A stretch of DNA of 64,000 nucleotides, taken from NCBI GenBank assembly GCA_963809595.1, contig CAWEKG010000002.1:800391-864390 (forward strand). The letters are read 5' to 3'. The position numbers and the translations under genes are program-made. Within the stretch, counting starts at the first letter, position 1. Each line of letters starts with the position of its first letter. Origin of the DNA: an uncultured Chloroflexia bacterium. GTDB lineage: Bacteria > Chloroflexota > Limnocylindria > Limnocylindrales > CSP1-4. The notes beneath the pieces were generated by a model. That model was not told the origin of the DNA. It made no database searches and saw only the letters and a list, made by a program, of their open reading frames with translations. Of this stretch, positions 30,884-39,751 are shown piece after piece.

Positions 30884-31888
30884 TCAGCCGCCGACCCGGA
30901 CGACCCAGCGACCGCGGGCGCGACCGGCCAGGATCCCGTCGAGCGCCGTCTCGAGCCCGTCGAGGTCGACCTCGGTGACCGCTTCGCCGAGTGCCCGCGG
31001 CCGGAGGTCGGTCGCGACCCGCTCCCAGAGCCGCTGGCGCTCGTCGATCGGGAGCTGGGCCGAGTCGATCCCGAGCAGCGAGACGCCCCGCAGGATGAAC
31101 GGGAAGACCGTGGTGGTGAACGGCGCGCCGCTCGTGTTGCCGCTCGAGGCGACGGCTCCGCCCCAGCACAGGGTCCGCAGGATGTACGGCAGGGTCGTGG
31201 CTCCGACACAGTCGACCGCGGCCGCCCAACGCTCGCTCTCGAGCGGCCGCGGGCTCTCGGCGGTCACCTCTTCGCGGGACAGGATCCCCGTCGCACCGAG
31301 GGTCAGGAGCTCGTCGTGGGCCTCGGTCTTGCCGGTCGATGCCCAGACCTCGTAGCCCCGCTCGGCGAGGATCGCCAGGGCCGTCCGCCCGACGCCCCCG
31401 CTGGCGCCGGTGACCAGGACCGGGCCGTGATCGGGGGTCAGCCCCTGGGCCTCGAGCCGGGCCACCGACATCGCCGCCGTGAAGCCCGCCGTCCCGACCG
31501 CCATCGCCTCCCGGGTCGTGAGCCCGTCCGGCAGCGGGACGACCCAGCCGGCCGGCACGCGCTCGTACTCGGCATAGCCGCCGTGCCGGGCGACCCCGAG
31601 GTCGTAACCGTGGGCGAGCACTTCGGAGCCGGGCGCGAGGTCAGGGTCCTCGCTGGCGACCACCGTGCCGGCCAGGTCGATGCCCGGGATGAGCGGGCTG
31701 ATCCGGGCGACCTTGCCGGTTGGGATCGTGGCCAGCCCGTCCTTGTAGTTGACGCTGGACCAGGCGACCCGGATCTCGACCTCGCCCGGCGACAGGTCCG
31801 CCTCGGCGAAGTCCCGCACGCCGCGGGTCACCCCGTCGTCGGTCTTCTCGGCCACGAATGCGCGGAAGGTCGAGGGGATGGCGCTCAT
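30884..31888 (-). CDS. acuI: YhdH/AcuI-family MDR oxidoreductase (acryloyl-CoA reductase-like)
   Basis: SSVNYKD, PGIDLAG, GTAGFTA, VTGASGGVG, FPFILRG, LLGIDS. Confidence 0.8.
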   Translation of the reverse strand: MSAIPSTFRAFVAEKTDDGVTRGVRDFAEADLSPGEVEIRVAWSSVNYKDGLATIPTGKVARISPLIPGIDLAGTVVASEDPDLAPGSEVLAHGYDLGVARHGGYAEYERVPAGWVVPLPDGLTTREAMAVGTAGFTAAMSVARLEAQGLTPDHGPVLVTGASGGVGRTALAILAERGYEVWASTGKTEAHDELLTLGATGILSREEVTAESPRPLESERWAAAVDCVGATTLPYILRTLCWGGAVASSGNTSGAPFTTTVFPFILRGVSLLGIDSAQLPIDERQRLWERVATDLRPRALGEAVTEVDLDGLETALDGILAGRARGRWVVRVGG

Positions 31889-32101
31889 CGCCCGATTCTA
31901 GGTTGCGGTCCGGCCCGACGCTTGACGGCGGCGGCGTCTGCCGGTGGGATGCGTCCGGCTCGGTGCGGCTCTCGGTCGCCACTCGGCCCCGGCGTTCCTG
32001 ATCCCCTCCCGTCCCGGGCCCTCGGTCTTGAGCCTCCTCGTGCTCGGTCCCCTCTTCTGGTTTCACCTCCCTGGCTCTCCTTCTTGGCCATGCGGTCACC
32101 G

Positions 32102-32236
32102 GGGGAACGTTGGGACGCACGCAGCGCCGCCCACAGGCGCGGCGCACCTCTGACCTGTACCGCCCCACGCTCACGGCGGGACAAACCGGGCGCTGGCTGG
32201 CCGTCCCCGACCCGATCGCTCGACCCAACGTTCCCC
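32102..32236. repeat. MITE/REPIN-like element with 13-bp perfect inverted repeats
   Basis: GGGGAACGTTGGG (32102-32114) pairs with CCCAACGTTCCCC (32224-32236); extendable a few bases with mismatches. Confidence 0.55.
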
Positions 32237-32392
32237 GGGTGCAAGTCTGGCCAGGTCCGAGCCCACCCTGATGGACCACGGGCACCGCGGCGACTCGCAG
32301 CGGCGAGCGCCTCGTGGACGGATGGCCGCGCCCGCCGGACGCGGCCCGGGAGCTCTCAACGCTGTGGCACGTCCTCACACTGGTGGCACGTC

Positions 32393-32420
32393 TTGACAAC
32401 CGTACGTTCATCCGTACGCT
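32393..32420 (+). promoter_or_regulatory. TA promoter with tandem palindromic operator
   Basis: TTGACA (32393-98), 16 nt, TACGCT (32415-20); CGTACG-N6-CGTACG at 32401-32418; ATG 7 nt downstream. Confidence 0.7.
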
Positions 32421-32427
32421 GTACCAT

Positions 32428-32703
32428 ATGAAGACCATCGGGGTGACCGAGCTCCGACAGCGGACGGCCGAGATCCTGCGCGAGGTCCGCGACAGCGAGG
32501 AGCCGGTCGCGATCATCCAGCGCTCGGAGAAGACCGCCTACCTGGTGGATGCCGAGCGCTACGACGCCGAACGCACCGAGCTGCGGGTCGCGAGGCGGTC
32601 GCTCTTCCTCCGCGAGATCCGCGAGGCGGAGGCCGAGTACAGCGCGGGTGAGGCGACGACCTACGACGACGTCGAGGCGCTCCTGGACGACCTGCGGACC
32701 TGA
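32428..32703 (+). CDS. Type II antitoxin, Phd/YefM family
   Basis: MKTIGVTELRQRTAEILREV...PVAII N-terminal fold and acidic C-terminus. Confidence 0.85.
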   Translation: MKTIGVTELRQRTAEILREVRDSEEPVAIIQRSEKTAYLVDAERYDAERTELRVARRSLFLREIREAEAEYSAGEATTYDDVEALLDDLRT

Positions 32704-32720
32704 TCGCAGGCTCTGCCACG

Positions 32721-32975
32721 ATGCGTTTCGTCGTCTCGAGTCGCTTCCACCGCCGTGCCGCGAAGCTGGATGACCGCCGCGGTGCACTCCTCAGGGCAGC
32801 TCTGCGGCGCTTCGCCGTCGACCCGCGCGACCCGCTGCTCCGGACCCACAAGCTGAAGGGCGAGCTTGCGGGCTACTGGGCGTTCACCGTCGACGACGAC
32901 CTGCGCGTTCTCTTTCGGTGGGACGGGACCGTGGCATTCCTCGTGAACCTCGGCTCGCACGACGAGGTGTACTAG
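32721..32975 (+). CDS. Type II toxin, RelE/YafQ-like mRNA interferase
   Basis: [32 protein letters not shown]. Confidence 0.87.
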   Translation: MRFVVSSRFHRRAAKLDDRRGALLRAALRRFAVDPRDPLLRTHKLKGELAGYWAFTVDDDLRVLFRWDGTVAFLVNLGSHDEVY

Positions 32976-33841
32976 GGCGCGGTCGGTGTCGGCGCCTCGG
33001 TCGGGGTCGGCGCCTCGGTCGGGGTCGGCGCCTCGGTCGGGGTCGGCGCCTCGGTCGGGGTCGGCTCCGGCGTCCCCGCCGGGGTCGGGGTCGGGATCGG
33101 CGCGTCCTGGAGCGACCAGAGGACCTGGCGGAGCGTCCGACGGCTGTCGTGGACCTGTTTCGCGAGGTCCCGCCCGACGTAGCGGTAATGCCACGGCTCG
33201 TAGGCGTAGCAGGTGAGCGAGCGCTTGCCGGCCGGGTAGCTCATGACGAACCCGTAGCGCCAGGCGTTTCGGGCCAGCCAGGCGCCCTCGCGGGTCCGGA
33301 CCCAATCGCCGTAACGCCACGGGGCCGCGCCGCCGGAGGTCTTGAAGTCGACGGCCAGGCCCAGCTGGTGCTCCGAATGCCCGGGCCGGGCGCTCGTCGC
33401 CAGTGCACTCGCCCGGCCGCCTACGCGGGCCCAGTAGGCGAAGGTCCAGACCTGGGTGGCGTAGCTCCGGTAGGCCGACTCCACGGCCAGACGAGCCCCG
33501 GCGATGCGGCTCGCGCGGACCAGCGCCCGGAGGTCGGCGAGGGCGACCCGGCGGATCGAGCCGCCGCCGGACAGGCCGGCGCTCGAGACGGCGACGAGTC
33601 CGATCGGCCGATAGGAGCGCCGGACCCGGAAGCTGGTGTCGAGCAGGGTCCGCTGCCAGTCGGCCGGGGCGCTCCACTTCGTCAGGACGTCGCCGATCCG
33701 ACAGGACGGCAGGGAGCCTGCCTCGGCGCCCGGGGCCTCGAACGCGAACGATCCGAGGAGGATCGACAGCGCCGCGAGGATCGCCGTCACCGGACGCTGA
33801 CGAGCACGGATCAGGGAGCGGACCGACCGGGGCTGGTTCAT
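32972..33841 (-). CDS. M15B D-Ala-D-Ala carboxypeptidase (VanY-like), exported, with PT-rich tail
   Basis: [39 protein letters not shown]. Confidence 0.88.
   Translation of the reverse strand: MNQPRSVRSLIRARQRPVTAILAALSILLGSFAFEAPGAEAGSLPSCRIGDVLTKWSAPADWQRTLLDTSFRVRRSYRPIGLVAVSSAGLSGGGSIRRVALADLRALVRASRIAGARLAVESAYRSYATQVWTFAYWARVGGRASALATSARPGHSEHQLGLAVDFKTSGGAAPWRYGDWVRTREGAWLARNAWRYGFVMSYPAGKRSLTCYAYEPWHYRYVGRDLAKQVHDSRRTLRQVLWSLQDAPIPTPTPAGTPEPTPTEAPTPTEAPTPTEAPTPTEAPTPTAP
32991..33062. repeat. Coding tandem repeat, 4 x 18 bp (PTPTEA)
   Basis: GGCGCCTCGGTCGGGGTC repeated four times without mismatch. Confidence 0.9.
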
Positions 33842-33957
33842 CGAGCCGATGCTGAGGGTACCGCCATTCCGGCCGCCTTCCCCCGAAGGTACCGGGCCCG
33901 CTGAAGGTACCGGGCCTGGTAGACAGGGCCCGGTGCGCTAGAATGCGCGTCGGTCGC

Positions 33958-34032
33958 TGGCGCGTGGCTCAACGGTAGAGCACCTGACTCTGGATCAGGG
34001 GGTTCCAGGTTCGAATCCTGGCGCGCCAGCCA
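33958..34032 (+). tRNA. tRNA-Gln(CTG), copy 1
   Basis: Acceptor TGGCGCG/CGCGCCA, anticodon arm CCTGA-CTCTGGA-TCAGG, GTTCGAATC, encoded CCA; TAGAAT at 33939. Confidence 0.95.
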
Positions 34033-34104
34033 ACTCCTCCCGGGAGCATGGTGCGTCCTCGCCTGAGTCGCGACTCCTCCCCACCGCTCGCAGGAGCCGC
34101 GCCG

Positions 34105-35817
34105 ATGACCAGCAAGACGAGCGAGACGACGACCGCCCCCAACGTCTTCGTCGAGACGCCTGAGCGACGCGACTTCATCCGCGACATCGTCGCCGCCGAC
34201 ATCGCCGCCGGCCGGATCAGGGCCCCCGTCACGCGCTTCCCGCCCGAGCCCAACGGCTACCTCCACATCGGCCACGCGAAGTCCATCTGTCTCAATTTCG
34301 GCATCGCCGCCGAGTTCGGCGGCCACTGCAACCTCCGGTTCGACGACACCAACCCGGCCAGGGAGGAGCAGGAGTACATCGACGCCATCGAAGCCGACGT
34401 CCGATGGCTGGGCTTCGACTGGGGCGACAACCTGTTCCACGCGTCGGACTACTTCGAGCAGCTGTACGCATGGGCCGTCCACCTCATCGAGCGCGGGCTC
34501 GCGTACGTGGACGACCTGTCCGCCGACGAGATCCGCGAGACGCGCGGCACGCTGACTGCGCCGGGGACGAGATCCCCATGGCATGACCGTCCGGTGGCGG
34601 AGAACGTCGACCTGTTCGCGCGGATGCGGGCGGGCGAGTTCCCGAACGGGGCCCGGGTGCTGCGCGCGAAGATCGACATGGCCTCGCCCAACATCAACCT
34701 CCGGGACCCCGTGCTGTATCGGATCGTCCACGCGGGCCACCCGCGCACCGGCGACGCCTGGTGCATCTACCCGACCTACGACTTCGCCCACGGCCAGTCG
34801 GACGCGATCGAGGGGGTGACCCACTCGATCTGCACCCTCGAGTTCGACGCGCACCGACCGCTCTACGACTGGCTGGTCGAGCACCTCCCGGTGCCCTCGG
34901 TCCCCCACCAGTACGAGTTCGCGCGGCTCAACCTCACCTACACCGTGCTGTCGAAGCGGATACTGAAGCGGCTGGTCGACGAAGACCACGTACGGGGCTG
35001 GGACGACCCGCGGATGCCGACGATCTCGGGTCTCCGACGGCGCGGCTTCCCGGCCGAGGGCATCCGCGAGTTCGCGGCGATGATCGGGGTGGCGAGGACG
35101 GACTCGGTGATCGAGGTCGGCCAGCTCGAGTATGCGGTGCGGGGCGTGCTCAACCGGACCGCCCAGCGGCGGTTCGGGGTGCTCGACCCCCTGAAGGTGG
35201 TGATCACGAACTGGCCCGAGGGCCGGGTCGAGATGTTGGAAGTCGTCAACAACCCCGAGGACCCGGCTGCAGGGACGCGGGCGGTCGAGTTCTCGGGCGA
35301 GCTGTGGATCGAGCGCGACGATTTCCTGGAGGAGCCGCCGCCGAGGTTCTTCCGGCTGGCCCCCGGGCGCGAGGTGCGGCTGCGGAACGCGTACTTCGTC
35401 ACGTGCCAGGAGGCGGTCAAGGACGGGGCAGGCCGCGTCCTTGAGCTGCGGTGCACCTACGACCCTGCGACGCGAGGGGGTGACTCGCCCGACGGTCGGC
35501 GACCCAAGGCGACGCTCCACTGGGTGTCGACGACGTGCGCCGTGCCGGCCGAGGTGCGTCTGTACGACCATCTGTTCAGCCGCCCGGACCCGGGTGCCGA
35601 CGGCGACCTGTTCGCGGATCTCAACCCGGCGTCGCAGGCGATCGTGCGCGACGCGATGCTGGAGCCGGCATTGACGGAGACGCGGCCCGGCGAAACGGTC
35701 CAGTTCGAGCGCCTGGGTTACTTCACGCCGGACACGGACTCGCGCCCGGACGCGCTGGTGTTCAACCGGACGCTTACCCTGAAGGATACTTGGGCGAAGC
35801 TGCAGGCCAAGGCATAG
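34105..35817 (+). CDS. glnS: Glutaminyl-tRNA synthetase
   Basis: [35 protein letters not shown]-equivalent [20 protein letters not shown]; SD AGGAG. Confidence 0.95.
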   Translation: MTSKTSETTTAPNVFVETPERRDFIRDIVAADIAAGRIRAPVTRFPPEPNGYLHIGHAKSICLNFGIAAEFGGHCNLRFDDTNPAREEQEYIDAIEADVRWLGFDWGDNLFHASDYFEQLYAWAVHLIERGLAYVDDLSADEIRETRGTLTAPGTRSPWHDRPVAENVDLFARMRAGEFPNGARVLRAKIDMASPNINLRDPVLYRIVHAGHPRTGDAWCIYPTYDFAHGQSDAIEGVTHSICTLEFDAHRPLYDWLVEHLPVPSVPHQYEFARLNLTYTVLSKRILKRLVDEDHVRGWDDPRMPTISGLRRRGFPAEGIREFAAMIGVARTDSVIEVGQLEYAVRGVLNRTAQRRFGVLDPLKVVITNWPEGRVEMLEVVNNPEDPAAGTRAVEFSGELWIERDDFLEEPPPRFFRLAPGREVRLRNAYFVTCQEAVKDGAGRVLELRCTYDPATRGGDSPDGRRPKATLHWVSTTCAVPAEVRLYDHLFSRPDPGADGDLFADLNPASQAIVRDAMLEPALTETRPGETVQFERLGYFTPDTDSRPDALVFNRTLTLKDTWAKLQAKA

Positions 35818-36112
35818 CCCACCGACCGGACCCGCAGTCGCTCGGGCGACCGTAGCCGTCCGCACGGCCCCGGCGAGGTCGACAGATCGTCGACGTCACT
35901 CGAGGCGCCAGGCCCCGTCGGCCCGGCGAGGCAGACGGGTTCGTCCCCCAGTACACTCCGGCGGGCGTGTCGTTCCGCCTCGACGCTCGGGCGAGCGGAC
36001 TGGTGCGCAGCACGCTTTGGGGGATGCTGACTCGAGACCCGGATCGGGACGGCGCAGCGCATCGGATCCGAGACCGACGCCGCGGCCCGCGGCGTGGGAT
36101 CGGGTCCGTCAC

Positions 36113-36187
36113 TGGCGAGTGGCCAAGCGGTAAGGCGCCTGACTCTGGATCAGGAGATCGAAGGTTCGAATCCTTCCTCGCCAGCCA
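36113..36187 (+). tRNA. tRNA-Gln(CTG), copy 2 (integration target)
   Basis: Acceptor TGGCGAG/CTCGCCA, D-arm GCC-AAGCGGTAA-GGC, same CTG anticodon arm, encoded CCA. Confidence 0.95.
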
Positions 36188-36416
36188 ACACCACAACATC
36201 GTCGGGCCCGATCCGTTCAAACCACCAGATGATGTGGTTCTGAGCGTGACGGACGGCATCTCCAAGGAGGCTCGGAGATGCGAAGTGCGCCTGACTCTAC
36301 CCCCCACTTGTGCGCGGCGTCGGCGCCGCAAGGGCGATCACGAGCTCCAGCCACACAACGACCGGGATGAGCGGCGCGGGATCCCCGTGGCACAGAAGGG
36401 CGCCGGCGCTCCCGCG

Positions 36417-36938
36417 TCACCGGGTGTACGTGATTCCGTCCAGCACCGCGGACCGCCCCCCGCAGGGATCGGGCTCGATCGACGTGAACGTGAGGGAGCC
36501 CTCGTGCAGCGACCAACGATAGGTGCCGGTGCCGTTACAGCTGATGCTGCTGATGCTGCGGTAGAACGCGATCTCGTCCCCCTGGACCGCGATCCTGCCC
36601 GGCTGGCCCTCCGGACCTCTGGTGATGCCGTAGAGGTCCTCGTGGAGCCGGAGCTCCACCTGGTCGGTCTCCGACAGGGCCGTATGCCACACGCCGGTGA
36701 GCTCTGGGGGTGCGGGGCCGCCGGGCGGCGCGGGTGGACTTGGCGAAGGACTAGAGCGCGGGGATGGACTCGCAGGCAGGGGCGTCGCGGGTGAGGGCGA
36801 CGGAGTGACCGTCGCGGCACCTGACGAAGCCGTTGACGGAGGCGGCTGGGTGCCGGCGCAAGACGCCGTCATAAGGAGCAGGGCCACCGTAGCTACGGCC
36901 CGAACGAGGTGGCCAACTCGGAGCGGCGAAGCAGCCAA
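36417..36938 (-). CDS. Hypothetical lipoprotein (islet cargo)
   Basis: Lipobox TASC, S/P linker, beta domain with two Cys (LTGVWH...CNGTGTYRW...DPCGGR). Confidence 0.7.
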   Translation of the reverse strand: MAASPLRVGHLVRAVATVALLLMTASCAGTQPPPSTASSGAATVTPSPSPATPLPASPSPRSSPSPSPPAPPGGPAPPELTGVWHTALSETDQVELRLHEDLYGITRGPEGQPGRIAVQGDEIAFYRSISSISCNGTGTYRWSLHEGSLTFTSIEPDPCGGRSAVLDGITYTR

Positions 36939-37290
36939 TCGCGCACCTACCGTGACATCCTCGCCGAAGTATGCAAACCGTACGGCTGGATGCCGAAAGG
37001 GTCAAGCGGGCTGCCCGGTCAGCGCGGCGATGGTGCTCCGGACCGGGCGGTTGAGCTCATGGGCGAGGTCCGGACGTCCTCCGGCTCAATGCCCCCGCGA
37101 CCCTCCACGTCGTGATTGAAACGAGGCTCAGGAGTGAGATCTGGATGCGCGGCGACTTCGCTTGACTCATGGGCGAATCCGCTAGTTCGCATGACTCTTC
37201 TGGGAATGTTCGCCTGACACTCCCGGATCAACACGGCGCGAGGCGCCGAGCTGAGCTCAAAGATCGGCTGGAAAACCTGATTCGCGTCGT

Positions 37291-37340
37291 CTGACTCTGG
37301 ATCAGGAGATCGAAGGTTCGAATCCTTCCTCGCCAGCCAA
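37291..37340 (+). repeat. att-like copy of the tRNA-Gln 3' half
   Basis: Begins in the anticodon stem (CTGACTCTGG), runs through CCA, and lacks the 5' half. Confidence 0.9.
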
Positions 37341-37437
37341 TCCCCCGGATCATGGACGGATGGCTCTCCTGATTCAGCCCTGAGCCGGGCGGCACGGTGA
37401 GAGGGAGCGACCGGGGGGTCTCCTTCCGGGCGGTCGC

Positions 37438-38106
37438 CTACGGCTCGGGCGGGCCCATGTCGTGGCTGGCCATGAAGGCGAAGACCTGGGCGCGTCGTTC
37501 GAGGTCCAGCTTCGTCAGGATCGAGCTGACGTAGTTCTTGACCGTCTTGTCCGAGAGCGAGACCTCCGTGGCGATCTCGCGATTCGTCTGGCCGGCCGCG
37601 ACCAGTGGCAGGATCTCCCGTTCGCGCGGAGTCAGTCCGAACACGTTCTCCGCCTCGCTGTGGCTCGCGATGTACCGGATCCGCTCCAGGACCATCCCCG
37701 TGACGGTCGGGTCGAGCAGCGACTCGCCGCGCCCGACCGCCTCGAGGGCACGAACGAGTTCGGCACCGCGTGTCTGCTTGAGGACATAGCCCCGAGCGCC
37801 GGCGAGGATCGCCGAGAAGACGTCGACCTCCTCGGGCGAGCTCGTCAGGAAGACGACCGCCATCGCCGGGAACTCGTCGCGCACCATCCGGCACGCCTCG
37901 ATCCCCGACGCGTCGGGCAGGCGGACGTCCATGAGCACGATGTCCGGGACGAACCGACGCGCGCCGGCGACGGCCTCCGCAGCGGAGCCGGCCGAGGCGA
38001 CCACCTGGAACTGCCCACGACGATCGAGGAAGGCGATGAGACCCTCCCGGACGACCTCATGGTCATCCACGACGAGCACGCGGAGCGGTCGGTCGGGTTC
38101 GGGCAT
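37438..38106 (-). CDS. NarL/DevR-type response regulator (orphan)
   Basis: VVDDHEVVREG, LMDVRLPD, YVLK, LuxR HTH (LTPREREI...TVKNYVSSILTKL). Confidence 0.92.
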   Translation of the reverse strand: MPEPDRPLRVLVVDDHEVVREGLIAFLDRRGQFQVVASAGSAAEAVAGARRFVPDIVLMDVRLPDASGIEACRMVRDEFPAMAVVFLTSSPEEVDVFSAILAGARGYVLKQTRGAELVRALEAVGRGESLLDPTVTGMVLERIRYIASHSEAENVFGLTPREREILPLVAAGQTNREIATEVSLSDKTVKNYVSSILTKLDLERRAQVFAFMASHDMGPPEP

Positions 38107-38298
38107 GACCGTGCGAGGATGCGCGCCCACAGGGTCGACCGCAACAGACGACCCGCCCCGAGAGATGGACGTATCAGCCGTCAGTCGCGGTCAGCCCTGG
38201 CCCGCGCCGCCCCGACCGTTGGCTGACCCGCGCCGACCCGACGCAGGTAGGCGTGGCCCTGCTGCCCGAGCGTGACGCCGTCTCGGGCTGAGGGCCGG

Positions 38299-38583
38299 CT
38301 AGCCTGACAAGCGGCGCCCGATCTCACTCTCGTAGTCGGGGAAGTACCTGCCGATCACGGTAAGGTCGAACTCGCTCAGGATCGACTCCTTCGGCTCGTG
38401 CTCCAGCAGGAATGCGAAACTCGCCTGCACGAGGTCGACGGGATCGGATGCACCCGGAGCCAGCCGGGCGAGGTCGCTTCGGGCCACGCGGACCCGGTGG
38501 TGCGTCTCGCTGCCATTGCGGACCGTGACGATGCACTCCCAGCCACCTCCTGCGGCTGCAGCGATGACCTCGATCCTGCTCAT
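38299..38583 (-). CDS. Small conserved-looking hypothetical protein
   Basis: 94 aa, SD GAGGAGG, motif FLLEHEPKESILSEFDL.VI.RYFP.YE. Confidence 0.75.
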   Translation of the reverse strand: MSRIEVIAAAAGGGWECIVTVRNGSETHHRVRVARSDLARLAPGASDPVDLVQASFAFLLEHEPKESILSEFDLTVIGRYFPDYESEIGRRLSG

Positions 38584-38803
38584 GCCGTCCTCCTCGCTGG
38601 TCAAGCTGGTGACCCACCCTCGCCCGTTCCGTATCGGCGCGGCGATCCATATCGCCCAGCTCCACCTCGTCGCGAACTCCAGCCGGGTGCCACACGCCCT
38701 ATCAGGTGCCCCCGGGCACCATGACCACGGATTGGGGGCTGTCCGCCGAGTGCCCCGCCGTGCATGATGCCCACTCCGGGCCAGTACCGATGGGGGAGCT
38801 CGG

Positions 38804-39628
38804 GTGGAGAACGGGAGGACTATCGTCACAGTGCGAGCACGGCGCGTGCGCCTCGTTTGTGCCGCGGCCACGGGCGTCGCGCTGGCCCCCGTCGCGCTAT
38901 TCCTGCTCGGCGGCTGGGCCCATCTCGTTCGGGTCTACGGTGGGGTCGACTACGCCCTCTACATGGATGCCACCCGCCGGTTCCTGGCCGGCGGCGCATT
39001 CTACGAGCCGTGGCAGGTCGCCGGTCCGTACACGACCTCGTTCGGGGCGATCCTCTATCCGCCCAGCGCGCTGCCCCTGCTGGCGATCTTCGCCGTCCTG
39101 CCCGCCGTCCTGTGGTGGGCGATCCCGCTGGGTCTGACCGGCTACGCCATCCGCCGGCTGCGCCCCGCGCCGTGGGCCTGGCCGCTGATGGCGCTCTGCC
39201 TGGCCTGGCTGCCCGCCCTGCTCAGGATCGTGTCGGGCAACCCGGTCATCTGGGCGATGGCCGCCCTGGCCCTGGGCACGCTCCACGCCTGGCCATCCGC
39301 GTTCATCGTGCTCAAGCCGAGCCTCGGGCCGTTCGCGCTGTTCGGGATCCGCCGTCGCTCATGGTGGATCGCCCTCGGCGCGCTCGTCGTCCTGAGCATC
39401 CCCTTCACCACTCTCTGGCTCGACTGGGTCGCCGTCATCCGTCACTCCGGGCTCGGGTTCGCCTACTCGATCCACGAGGTCCCGCTGATGCTCATCCCGC
39501 TCATCGCCTGGGTCGCCCGGGACCGGGCGACGCTCCGAGCGACCGACCGGCCGATCGTCGAGCCGGCCGAGGTCGGCGCCGGGCTGCGGACGATCACGGT
39601 CCCGATGCCGCTGAACGGGCCCGCCTGA
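38804..39628 (+). CDS. GT87/DUF2029-like polytopic membrane glycosyltransferase
   Basis: DYALY, ILYPP, GN-containing TM segment, LKP motif. Confidence 0.7.
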   Translation: MENGRTIVTVRARRVRLVCAAATGVALAPVALFLLGGWAHLVRVYGGVDYALYMDATRRFLAGGAFYEPWQVAGPYTTSFGAILYPPSALPLLAIFAVLPAVLWWAIPLGLTGYAIRRLRPAPWAWPLMALCLAWLPALLRIVSGNPVIWAMAALALGTLHAWPSAFIVLKPSLGPFALFGIRRRSWWIALGALVVLSIPFTTLWLDWVAVIRHSGLGFAYSIHEVPLMLIPLIAWVARDRATLRATDRPIVEPAEVGAGLRTITVPMPLNGPA

Positions 39629-39751
39629 CCCTCGGTCGTGGACATCCTGACGGGGATGGCCCGTGCCCGGTGGCGATAGACCGCCGCGCTCGGTCGGGAT
39701 CGATCGTCCGCTCGAGGCAGCACGGCTGCTCCGGGCCGCCGGGGTCGGGGA

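Larger units (their letters stand above)
36139..37340. mobile_element. tRNA-Gln-anchored mini-islet bounded by 50-bp direct repeats; no integrase
   Basis: 36139-36188 is identical to 37291-37340. Confidence 0.8.

Noticed and set aside
31890-32244. Small minus-strand ORF (MAKKESQGG...) in a purine-skewed stretch
   Set aside because: No SD or leaderless box, no recognisable motif, Arg/Gly/Pro shadow-like composition, and it overlaps the acuI promoter.
36940-37290. Integrase remnant inside the islet
   Set aside because: I found no R-H-R-Y tyrosine or serine recombinase motif in the frames I could read; a tBLASTn would settle it.
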